A stretch of DNA of 64,000 bases from a virus. The stretch spans positions 1-64,000 of the IMG/VR virus record IMGVR_UViG_3300020034_000004. One strand, written 5' to 3'. Shown here piece after piece: positions 38,868-47,155 of the stretch. The notes under the pieces are model-generated. The model saw only the letters and a list, made by a program, of their open reading frames with translations. It had not been told where the DNA came from and ran no database searches. Position 1 is the first letter of the stretch; each line of letters opens with the position of its first letter. A program made the position numbers and the translations under genes.

Positions 38868-39134
38868 TCAAGCTATTTTGGCCGGTGCTAGTTTATTGTT
38901 CTTAACTACAACTAGTACTGTCTTATCCTGATACCATTCATTAATGTCTATACCATTATCTAATGCCAAAGAGAATGGACATTCTCTTAAGTCTTGATAA
39001 TCTTCTAAACAATTCTTGCTATGAAGAATGTAGACCGTTTCTTCTTTACTTACCGCCTTCGCAAAATGTGCACGAACGTGCCTTTTTATTCCAACAATTT
39101 TTTCAATTATTGATGCATCTACAATTTCAGTCAT
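38868..39134 (-). CDS. Hypothetical protein
   Basis: Coupled ORF. Confidence 0.65.
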   Translation of the reverse strand: MTEIVDASIIEKIVGIKRHVRAHFAKAVSKEETVYILHSKNCLEDYQDLRECPFSLALDNGIDINEWYQDKTVLVVVKNNKLAPAKIA

Positions 39135-39342
39135 TATTCGTTATCAAGTCTCTTTAGATTAGGATTTTGACCTTGCATAATTCCAACCTTACCAAGACGA
39201 ACCTTGATTTGACCGGGTAATGAATTATGCCACTGAAGCATATGTTCCTTTACTGTTCGATTCACGTCTTCATCTGTAGAATATGAACTCAGTACATAGT
39301 CAACAACAATTCCATCTTCATAAATGAACATTATGCTCCTTG

Positions 39343-39426
39343 TACGCCAGGTGAGGTTCGAACTCACGTCGGGCTTTCGCCATCAGTTTAAAAGACTGTT
39401 CCCATCGGCCACTAGGGGACTGGCGC
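39343..39426 (-). tRNA. tRNA-Lys(UUU) with long variable arm
   Basis: ACAGT-CT-TTT-AA-ACTGA; GGC-GAAA-GCC arm. Confidence 0.87.
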
Positions 39427-39463
39427 ATATTTTGTTTCAATTCACACTTATTACAAAGTTAAG

Positions 39464-39534
39464 TACCCCCGGTTGGAATCGAACCAACGTCTGCAAAGTA
39501 AGAGTTTGCGGCTAATCCCCTCAGCTACGGAGGC
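39464..39534 (-). tRNA. tRNA-Lys(CUU)
   Basis: GCAAA-CT-CTT-AC-TTTGC. Confidence 0.92.
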
Positions 39535-39633
39535 AGAGAATGAGCTAAACCATAGATTTAGCTCACCCATCAACCTATTCAGTTTCGGAGTGCTGTCACG
39601 CATTTATTCTCCTAGATGGTAAGTCATCACCGT

Positions 39634-39707
39634 GGGTGCTAGACGGGTACTGCCCCCGCTAAAACTTGAGTCACAGTCAAGCACCTCGCTTCTTGGCCTC
39701 TAGCACC
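39634..39707 (-). tRNA. tRNA-His(GUG), atypical T-loop
   Basis: 8-bp acceptor; CTTGA-CT-GTG-AC-TCAAG; T-loop GGCAGTA. Confidence 0.82.
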
Positions 39708-39867
39708 ATGTTGTCAATAGACAAATTATTGCAAGTGCTGGTCTGACTACCTCATTGGGTCATACAGACCGTACGGATTGGTTACCTTAGCAACACTTGA
39801 TACCCTGATATAACTACTTTAACACCATACCGGCCGTTTGTCAAGACCTCACATTATGTGGTTTGAT

Positions 39868-40500
39868 TCAGGCGCAGTTCACAGCGTCGTATCTACGATG
39901 CATTGCTGAATCACAAGCTGTCTTATCGTGATACTGTGCCCACCTCAGGTCCCATCTATTCTGATTGAAGATAGAAACACTAGAGCCACCAGACCAAATC
40001 TTACCACCCAAATGTTGACCCATCAATCTAGTGATGTATGTGGCAATTGCATTAGTACCGGCATAAATGACATCCGGCTGACAAGAGTACCTGTAATAAT
40101 TGTAAAAGATTGTCGGGCCAGTCTCATGCCTTGAACCATCACTTGTCAAGTTTTGATAACCCTGAGCACACCACGGATAATCGTTGGCTTGATATGCCTG
40201 CACTAGCCAGGTTCGTATAATCTGTCTATCTAGATAACCATAATCACCACAAGTAACACCAGTGGCTGGTACATTTGTATAAATAACACTAATTGCTGGT
40301 GATTCATTCCAGCTATTAGCTGCGGTATGAAAATATGATGGATAGAACGAACCAGTTGAATGGTCTTCTACACATACATATGGACTATAGAATCTATGAT
40401 TGTCAATCGGTACCGCCGCGTTTGCTGCTAGAGCGCCTGCCATCCAAAAAGCCATAACTAAACAGGCAAAAACGGTAAGTCTATTAAAAATTTTCTTCAA
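39868..40500 (-). CDS. Secreted protein resembling a catalytically degenerate matrixin paralog
   Basis: Signal peptide; layout like 5447..6100 but RLMGQHLGGKI in place of HExxHxxGxxH. Confidence 0.6.
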   Translation of the reverse strand: MKKIFNRLTVFACLVMAFWMAGALAANAAVPIDNHRFYSPYVCVEDHSTGSFYPSYFHTAANSWNESPAISVIYTNVPATGVTCGDYGYLDRQIIRTWLVQAYQANDYPWCAQGYQNLTSDGSRHETGPTIFYNYYRYSCQPDVIYAGTNAIATYITRLMGQHLGGKIWSGGSSVSIFNQNRWDLRWAQYHDKTACDSAMHRRYDAVNCA

Positions 40501-40544
40501 TTTTCGCTCTCCATATATGAATGTGGGGCCGAAGACCCACCTTG

Positions 40545-40615
40545 AGGGCTGAACGGGTACTGACCCCGCTTCTTCACGTTGGCAACGTGAGACATTACCT
40601 TTATGCTACCAGCCC
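40545..40615 (-). tRNA. tRNA-Gly(GCC), atypical T-loop
   Basis: TCACG-TT-GCC-AA-CGTGA; T-loop GTCAGTA. Confidence 0.85.
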
Positions 40616-40837
40616 GGAGTAACGAAATTTCCTTCCACTACCCTTATTTAAAGCCCCATATGTTTCGGTCAATGAATCTAACTGCTTAAGCTGCCGGTAT
40701 TAATTATAAAATCCAAATCAATAATGCTATGATAAGAAGAACACCAACAATAGTCCAAATCATATTATTCCCCCACCCACTTTAATCACCACCTAATACT
40801 TATAATAGAATAACATATAAGAATCTTAGTGTCAATG

Positions 40838-40910
40838 CGCCCCTGACTGGATTCGAACCAGCATTTTTCAGCTTAGAAGGCTGTTGAGTTATCCCTTACT
40901 CTACAGAGGC
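40838..40910 (-). tRNA. tRNA-Arg(UCU)
   Basis: ACAGC-CT-TCT-AA-GCTGA. Confidence 0.92.
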
Positions 40911-41347
40911 AGATGTAGCTGGATGGTCTTCGGATGCACTTAGGTCCTACTGGTCTGAATAACTGTGGTTCTTATGTTTCACAGCACTGACATTTCTGGC
41001 GAATACGCCTGCTCCTAAGGTCCAGCTACATGGTCCGGTATGTATTTTATCTCTCACTTTCCATACCGGCTCTCTATCGGGGGTTTAATACGAAGAGAGC
41101 CCCGATGTTAATATCTACTTAGTGCTTTATACAGTCTTTCGAATTGTGACTTGCCGTTACGTTGACAAGACGGTGAACAATAGATTTTACCGCCCACAAT
41201 CCATAAATGAGTCTTAATCTGTGTACCGCATTTTGAACAGTTCAATGTTTTATCTAGTTTTTATGGTCTAGCGACCCCGAGAGTGACAGCCTCTTGCTTG
41301 TCACGATTATATATCTATAGTATCACGTGACAGTCGTCACGTCAAGA

Positions 41348-41581
41348 TTATCGAGCAAGATATCTTACTCTGCGCTCAGCTTGTCTTGACTCATATGGAG
41401 TAGGCAAGCCTTGTGCGCGATATACATCATTTGCTGCTTTACGCTCAGCAGCGTCAGCAATATTTGCTTTCTTTTCAAGCTGTCGCTTTGCCCATGAGCG
41501 GGCGCGGCGGGCTTTAAGATTAACATTGCTCATACGCTTGTGGGCAGGATTGCCCTTGTTGCTTCGTTGTTGGTCGGCCAT
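41348..41581 (-). CDS. Small basic protein
   Basis: AGGAGGTG RBS. Confidence 0.7.
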   Translation of the reverse strand: MADQQRSNKGNPAHKRMSNVNLKARRARSWAKRQLEKKANIADAAERKAANDVYRAQGLPTPYESRQAERRVRYLAR

Positions 41582-41692
41582 CTATTAGACACCTCCTTTT
41601 CAGGTAGTTACCTAATCATGACCGTACCTCCAAAAGTTCATTTATATTTACCCTCCGATTTTTATCAGTGATTATGTTCAGTGATGATATTA

Positions 41693-42073
41693 TCAGTCCC
41701 ACAGATGGGAAAAGTATTGTACAAAAAGCTGCAGCGCTTTGTTACGCTTTTCCTCAAGTGCTCGTGACCAAGCGTAATAATTATTATCACTAAACTTGTA
41801 GGTATCCATGCTTTGCAGTTCAGCGTGAGCTTTGAAGCCGTCAATCATCTCGTCAAGAACAACAATCCACTCATCCATATTGACAAACCCGCCAGGAAAA
41901 CCAGCGCCAGTCTTAAAACGTTCAAGACCACCGACAATCACAAAAGCGAGGTAGTCATTGAAATTCCAAAAATCATATTCGGAAAATCCATTCTCACCAC
42001 GCTGTTTTAGATGCTCTTTGCGCTCACTTGGCTCAACAAAATCACTTGGGTCTTTGAGACTCATCAACTTCAC
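41693..42073 (-). CDS. Hypothetical phage protein
   Basis: W...LDEMI.GF...LF..YF..LWD. Confidence 0.7.
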   Translation of the reverse strand: MKLMSLKDPSDFVEPSERKEHLKQRGENGFSEYDFWNFNDYLAFVIVGGLERFKTGAGFPGGFVNMDEWIVVLDEMIDGFKAHAELQSMDTYKFSDNNYYAWSRALEEKRNKALQLFVQYFSHLWD

Positions 42074-42415
42074 TCCAATCTAGACCCTGGGCGCACTCAA
42101 GGCACGCCGGTATTTGAGTAGTGTTGTCTCCATCGAAACCTTTAATGGTCAACCGCCCGGTTGCAGGCACGTTGTTACATAATGAACAGAACTCAACACG
42201 CTCAATTGCGTTTTGGTCCAAGGTCTCTATACTCACAATCAACTACCTTTACTCCGAGGTTATCTCCAACACTAAACGTGTCTTGGACTGCATCCCATGC
42301 GTCACCTTCATCGAAGGCATCGATTTCGAGCTTCATTATTACTTCATAAATAAACTTCTTCATGGAGCTTAGTATAGCACTAAAGGATATCTAATGCCAT
42401 ACCGGTTTTTCAATG

Positions 42416-42463
42416 AAAAGACCTAAGAGAACTCAAAGCCTTACCCTATTCTCTTAGGTCTTT
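42416..42463 (-). terminator. Long inverted repeat after tRNA-Arg(ACG)
   Basis: AAAGACCTAAGAGAA...TTCTCTTAGGTCTTT. Confidence 0.6.
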
Positions 42464-42464
42464 G

Positions 42465-42541
42465 CGCGAGTGAAGGGATTCGAACCCCCATTTTCATTCC
42501 GTTATGCACTAATGGTTCGTAGCCACCGCCATTACACCCGC
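42465..42541 (-). tRNA. Atypical tRNA-Arg(ACG): 7-nt linker instead of D-arm, D-like hairpin in variable region
   Basis: GCGGGTG/CACTCGC; TAATGGC; GGTGG-CT-ACG-AA-CCATT; CAT-AACGGA-ATG; GGGGG-TTCGAAT-CCCTT. Confidence 0.75.
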
Positions 42542-42572
42542 ATTGTAATCGAAACTGTGATATGATGTAGTC

Positions 42573-43094
42573 ATGAATAATAACAGTTCGAAACATACAT
42601 GTTTGCAGTGTTTCAACGAAACAATGAATCCTAAATTCTGTTCACGTTCTTGCTCTGCAACCTATAATAATACTATCATGCCCAAGAGGCAGCGTCAAGT
42701 CTGGGTTTTCAATTGTTCTCGATGCAATAAGCCTCAAAAGAAAAAATCTTTATCTGGATTATGTTCAATTTGTTGGAATGATGAACAAGATAAAATTGCT
42801 GGAGAAATGACTCTTGGAGAATCCATAAAAGAATTTGCAAATCCCAGAAGTCGATACAATACTGTTAGACATCATGGACGAAAACTTTCCAAAATTTATA
42901 ATCAATGCCAAGTTTGTGGATATGATAAAGTTCTTCAAGTTTGCCACATCAGACCAGTCTCTTCATTTCCTCTTGATACCCAAATAAAAGAAATAAACGC
43001 ACCTGATAATATTGCAATATTATGTCCCAATCATCATTGTGAACTTGACCGAGGATTACTCGCACCCTCTGAGATACCAAATCGAGCGGCATGA
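42573..43094 (+). CDS. HNH endonuclease (leaderless)
   Basis: FCSRSC, CQVCG, HI.P, N...LCPNHH; TGaTATGAT-N6-ATG. Confidence 0.88.
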   Translation: MNNNSSKHTCLQCFNETMNPKFCSRSCSATYNNTIMPKRQRQVWVFNCSRCNKPQKKKSLSGLCSICWNDEQDKIAGEMTLGESIKEFANPRSRYNTVRHHGRKLSKIYNQCQVCGYDKVLQVCHIRPVSSFPLDTQIKEINAPDNIAILCPNHHCELDRGLLAPSEIPNRAA

Positions 43095-43095
43095 G

Positions 43096-43200
43096 ATTGT
43101 CTGGTACTCGCCAGAAGCTCTACCATTGAGACTTACTCTGCACTTACCTAGGATGGAGAGCCCGGATTCGAACCGACAACCTCCGGGTTTCCCAGACAAT
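43096..43200 (-). ncRNA. Circularly permuted tRNA-elbow RNA (YrlA-like module without Ro-binding stem)
   Basis: T-arm, then CTCT/AGAG stem, then D-arm CTC-AATGGTA-GAG, closed by CCGGAG/TTCTGG and ATTGTCTGG/CCAGACAAT. Confidence 0.7.
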
Positions 43201-43204
43201 AACG

Positions 43205-43275
43205 AGCGGATAACAGGACTCGAACCTGCTTCTCAAGATTGGAAATCTTGGGCACAACCTATATACCATATCCGC
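43205..43275 (-). tRNA. tRNA-Gly(UCC)
   Basis: CAAGA-TT-TCC-AA-TCTTG. Confidence 0.92.
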
Positions 43276-43333
43276 ATTTGGTTCCGTTGTTTTGTTAACA
43301 GTATGGCGGCTCAACGGTTTCCATAAATTCCGG

Positions 43334-43405
43334 TGCCAGCACAGAGACTTGAACTCTGTTCCTTGGGACTTCACTCCAAAGCATATCCATACATGCTCTG
43401 CTGAC
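43334..43405 (-). tRNA. tRNA-Phe(GAA), unusual anticodon loop
   Basis: TTGGA-GT-GAA-GT-CCCAA. Confidence 0.75.
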
Positions 43406-43495
43406 AGGCACCAGCGGGTACCGACGCTTCGGTATACGTTCCCTAACTGGTACTAACTACTATAACATGTTTAAGAAGGCTTGTCAAGTATCAAT

Positions 43496-44020
43496 TTATG
43501 TACCGTCGTACCAAGCAATTCCAAGAGCTAAATTGTATACCTGCTCCGAAGTCATATCATTAGCACTTTGTGTTATAGCCAAAACATCATCTTCAACCAA
43601 AGTAGGATTGAATCTACCCCATCTTCGAATATCTTGAAAGTTACAAGCTAAACGAAGAGCGTGTCTTTTTCTTTTGAAGTCGTTACCCTCGGTTAGTGCA
43701 AATGATTTAATTGTCCTCAAATACCTTTCCCATACACCTGTACCAAGAACATAATTATTTCTAAATGCAGAAATCTTATCCCTTACCGGCATTTGACTCA
43801 TCATAGCTTCACAGGCTTGTGGTACCCCAGACTCTACCTGCATCAGCCAAGTTCCAAAATCTACCACAACGGAATCAACTCCGTCAACAATGCTTTGCTT
43901 AGCATATTTTGCTCTGGCAGTCTTGACCTTTGAAACGACGGTATAGTAGTCATAATCACTATTGTCATGGTGTAAACCATACAATCTACTTCCATGAATT
44001 GTTTTGAACAATATTTCCAT
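43496..44020 (-). CDS. Pol-beta-type nucleotidyltransferase (RlaP-like)
   Basis: HGSRLYGL....SDYD; K..HALRL. Confidence 0.82.
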   Translation of the reverse strand: MEILFKTIHGSRLYGLHHDNSDYDYYTVVSKVKTARAKYAKQSIVDGVDSVVVDFGTWLMQVESGVPQACEAMMSQMPVRDKISAFRNNYVLGTGVWERYLRTIKSFALTEGNDFKRKRHALRLACNFQDIRRWGRFNPTLVEDDVLAITQSANDMTSEQVYNLALGIAWYDGT

Positions 44021-44030
44021 ACCGGCCCCC

Positions 44031-44888
44031 CTATCTCTTAGCCAACTTTCCATACTGTCCGTTAGCAGTTGCACACACACCGGTAGTTGCATAGAATGGG
44101 TTACTGGCCGGTACATTAACTAAACTTGGGTAATAATAATGCATATAATACTGCCAAACATATGCCATACGTAAATGTCCACAAGAACTAGCATGAATCT
44201 TATCAGTATTTAGGTCTTTGACTTCATCACCAATAATATTCATAGGAACATACTTAACATATGAAGGATTCGCATTCGCTACCGCCAAAATCTTGCTGTT
44301 CAATTCAGCCCACTTAGCGTGAGGAGACTTAATCAGACTTGCCAAAAAGACAATGGTGTCTGGACTAGCCAAATGAATACGAGTAACTAATAGCTGGATT
44401 CTATTCTGTACGTTAGGAATATCATAGTTCTGGGCCAAATCATTCGTACCGGCGTGAATCAAAACATACTTTGGCTTATAAAGAATGACTCGATTAGCAA
44501 CAACGGTACTCAATTCGTCAATTCGCCAACCAGAATGTCCTTCATGATTGTTGTCACCCATTACCTGGAAAGCAGTCTTATGACACTTATATGGGAGCCA
44601 TGGACTAATTGGACATTGACCAACCATATTTGGCTTCTGCATACCGCCCGCGTTGAGTCCCTGAACCAATGGTCCTCGGTAACCGTCAGTAGCATCTACA
44701 TACTGGCCGGTAGAATTGGTATGAGGATTATAACCCCATGTGTTTGAATCGCCCAAGGGCATAATATTTGTGTATTCATCAATAAGAGTCGTCTTGAGTG
44801 TAAATGGTCGAGGAGATACCTTCGCTTCGGCTGGTGCAGTTAACACGAACGACATCAACATCAACATAATCGAGAATAGCGTCTTCAT
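44031..44888 (-). CDS. Secreted SGNH/GDSL esterase
   Basis: Signal peptide; PLGDSNT, HEGHSG, GTND, DKIH. Confidence 0.88.
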   Translation of the reverse strand: MKTLFSIMLMLMSFVLTAPAEAKVSPRPFTLKTTLIDEYTNIMPLGDSNTWGYNPHTNSTGQYVDATDGYRGPLVQGLNAGGMQKPNMVGQCPISPWLPYKCHKTAFQVMGDNNHEGHSGWRIDELSTVVANRVILYKPKYVLIHAGTNDLAQNYDIPNVQNRIQLLVTRIHLASPDTIVFLASLIKSPHAKWAELNSKILAVANANPSYVKYVPMNIIGDEVKDLNTDKIHASSCGHLRMAYVWQYYMHYYYPSLVNVPASNPFYATTGVCATANGQYGKLAKR

Positions 44889-45085
44889 GATTCCCCTATC
44901 TAAGTATAACTCATTATTGAATGACGTAGAATTCTCCCGCTTTATACGGAGTACTCCAAATTGCAGTTTCAAAGCGTCCAAGATTTTCAATGTTAAATCT
45001 CTCCAAGGTGACGCCTTTCTAACGACCTAATACAAGCATACAGGTGGGAGCGGTACCTGTCAAGGCCCTACTCCCACCTATATTA

Positions 45086-46174
45086 TCAGATTCTACCGGC
45101 TGAGAAATCCGCTAGGACTCTTGGAGCCGCTGCATCAAATCCAACGAAGTCCATCATGATTCCTGGCATCGTTGGGTCCGCAATTGTGAACTCAGTACCA
45201 GCAAAAGCAACTACAGCTAGTCTTGAGTCGCGACCAGAAGTCTGACGATACTTAACTAGGGACTGTGCTGGCTTCTCTGGCCCGGCCCAAGTTTCGTTAT
45301 CGGTAAATACCATGAATGTATCAATGTTCTTGTTCTTCTCACGTGCGTGACGCATTGGCGCAGAACAATCAGTACCGCCTCCACTAAAGCGGCTAATTTT
45401 TTCCTTCACTGTTTCCAAAGAGTCGCGGTCAGAGACATTGACTGTCTTGACTTTCTCCACGTAAGTGCCAAAAGCATTGATTTCAACATATGGCTCTGTA
45501 CGCAGAGTAACCATTGCCATTACTGCAGCAGCCCCGGCGTAGTCCATACCAACCAGACCAGCAGGAGCACCCCACGTCATGGACGCGGAAGTGTCAATGC
45601 TAATCATTGTGCGCTTGTTGGCAGGTTCAATTGTCTGGAAGGCGCTATAGAAACCATCTTCCAAGGCACCCAGAACTTTAGCGTTAACTGCCCATTCGCG
45701 ATGACGAACTCCATAACCTCCCTGCGCGAGCGGACCTTTACCATAAATACCCAATGCGTTTGCGTAGGCAACTGGATGAACTCGACCATTGATAATTCTC
45801 TCTTCGTTGGCCAGAGCCTGAGCCACATCGCCAGCGAACTTCAAATCATCAAACGCACCAATCTTAGCGAAACGAGTTACATTTCGTAAAAGTGCAGTTT
45901 GTCCCAATGCTCCATCGTAGAATAGAGTCTTCCAGACCTCTGCTTCTTTTAGGAACTGAGTTGGAACTGCTTCCCATGGAAGGTTCTTATGAATCCTCAA
46001 TGCATTCAGAACTTCTGACACATTCTGCGCAGACTGAACCATCTGAAATCCATGCAAAATCTCAGGAGCATCTTTAGAAATCTCTCCCTTAAGGATAAAG
46101 TCTCCCACCCTTGGGTTTATACCCTTCGGATGAGCTAGTCTAAACAAATCGGCGTGTCGCCATGTGTTACTCAT
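45086..46174 (-). CDS. Ro60/TROVE protein, C-terminal part (rest of TROVE and vWA domain)
   Basis: W.H.DLFRLAHPK, ALLRN, DTSASM MIDAS, GGTDC, FTDNETW, GFDAAAP. Confidence 0.92.
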   Translation of the reverse strand: MSNTWRHADLFRLAHPKGINPRVGDFILKGEISKDAPEILHGFQMVQSAQNVSEVLNALRIHKNLPWEAVPTQFLKEAEVWKTLFYDGALGQTALLRNVTRFAKIGAFDDLKFAGDVAQALANEERIINGRVHPVAYANALGIYGKGPLAQGGYGVRHREWAVNAKVLGALEDGFYSAFQTIEPANKRTMISIDTSASMTWGAPAGLVGMDYAGAAAVMAMVTLRTEPYVEINAFGTYVEKVKTVNVSDRDSLETVKEKISRFSGGGTDCSAPMRHAREKNKNIDTFMVFTDNETWAGPEKPAQSLVKYRQTSGRDSRLAVVAFAGTEFTIADPTMPGIMMDFVGFDAAAPRVLADFSAGRI

Positions 46175-46205
46175 ATTTTTCCTTTCGGCTCACTATCAGT
46201 GAGCA
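46175..46205 (-). promoter_or_regulatory. Hairpin and RBS leader, copy 2
   Basis: TGCTCA-CTGATAG-TGAGC-CGAAAGGAAAAAT-ATG. Confidence 0.7.
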
Positions 46206-46333
46206 TAATATAATAAATTCTTCACCAGAAATATGCATGTATCCCCATCGGGTAGAGCCATACTTTGATGATTTTGAACAGCAATGCGTAGATTGGGTAC
46301 CTAACAATATCTGAATATTGTGAAATCCAATTG

Positions 46334-46885
46334 TTAGACAGTGCGTGACCTATACTTCACGGCTTGATAAGCCAACTGCTCAGGAGTCTTTGATTCATAC
46401 CATCCTGCTACCGCTGCCCTCTTGGAACGACCCCAGCCACCAAATGCCTTGACGTAAGATGCGAACTCGAATAGATGAGTAGAAGTACGAACTACCTTAT
46501 TTACCGCCGCGCGAGCGTATGCCTTGTCCTGACCTTCAAAGAAGACCAATGCAAGAGTAAAGATAGTAGGTGACTGCTTCGCTGCGCGGTTGTTGACTGA
46601 TACGTCAACAACGGTATCGACAACCTCACGCTCATTGATTTTAATCATTTCCTTAACAAAGTCAACATTCTGCTTCGTTAGGTCTGATTCACCAACGTAA
46701 TAGGTGCCTGAATCGGTACCCAGAATAAGAAATCGTTCCAACCTGTCCTTATCTGATACCTTGAACACAAACCCACCGGCACTGTTTAAGACTTCGTCAG
46801 TCCTGCCTGGTGTGCGCTCGCTCTGTGGTGTAGAACCCTTACGGTTACGCTGAGTAGCGGCGGTACGTGTTAATGCGTTTGACAT
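46334..46885 (-). CDS. Ro60/TROVE protein, N-terminal part
   Basis: NSAGGFVF, RFLILGT..GTYY, RT.THLF.F, GWGR, LAYQAVKYR. Confidence 0.92.
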   Translation of the reverse strand: MSNALTRTAATQRNRKGSTPQSERTPGRTDEVLNSAGGFVFKVSDKDRLERFLILGTDSGTYYVGESDLTKQNVDFVKEMIKINEREVVDTVVDVSVNNRAAKQSPTIFTLALVFFEGQDKAYARAAVNKVVRTSTHLFEFASYVKAFGGWGRSKRAAVAGWYESKTPEQLAYQAVKYRSRTV

Positions 46886-46920
46886 AATATTTCCCTTTCG
46901 GCTCATTCGCTATATGAGCA
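46886..46920 (-). promoter_or_regulatory. Hairpin and RBS leader, copy 1
   Basis: TGCTCA-TATAGCGAA-TGAGC-CGAAAGGGAAATATT-ATG. Confidence 0.7.
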
Positions 46921-47082
46921 TTAGATAGGTGAGCTAACTATTCATCCAGACTGGCATGAATTACGTTTCTTATATCTTCCTGAAGTTGATTGGTTCTCTC
47001 ATGAGTCCAATACCCGTCGCCTCTTGCGAACGCCTCGACGAATGCGAATCCCAGGGCAACTTCTAAATTTTCTTTGTTCACG

Positions 47083-47155
47083 TGCGCCAGGTCGGGGTCG
47101 AACCGACATCAACCTGTATATAAGACAGGGACACTTACCTTTGTGCTACCGGCGC
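47083..47155 (-). tRNA. tRNA-Ile(UAU)
   Basis: CCTGT-CT-TAT-AT-ACAGG. Confidence 0.88.

Noticed and set aside
43012-43374. Short ORFs on both strands
   Set aside because: They overlap tRNA-Gly, tRNA-Phe and the permuted element.
46175-46333. Group I intron or T4 gene 60-style ribosomal bypass joining the Ro60 halves
   Set aside because: Only 159 nt with no recognisable group I core. No landing codon matches the GTC before the stop. The downstream ORF has its own duplicated RBS leader. Not fully excluded without RT-PCR.
46921-47080. Fourth Y RNA directly upstream of the Ro N-terminal gene
   Set aside because: Some stems are present (CGTCG/CGACG), but the GGGTCGAA/TTATCT/ACATATC consensus is missing.
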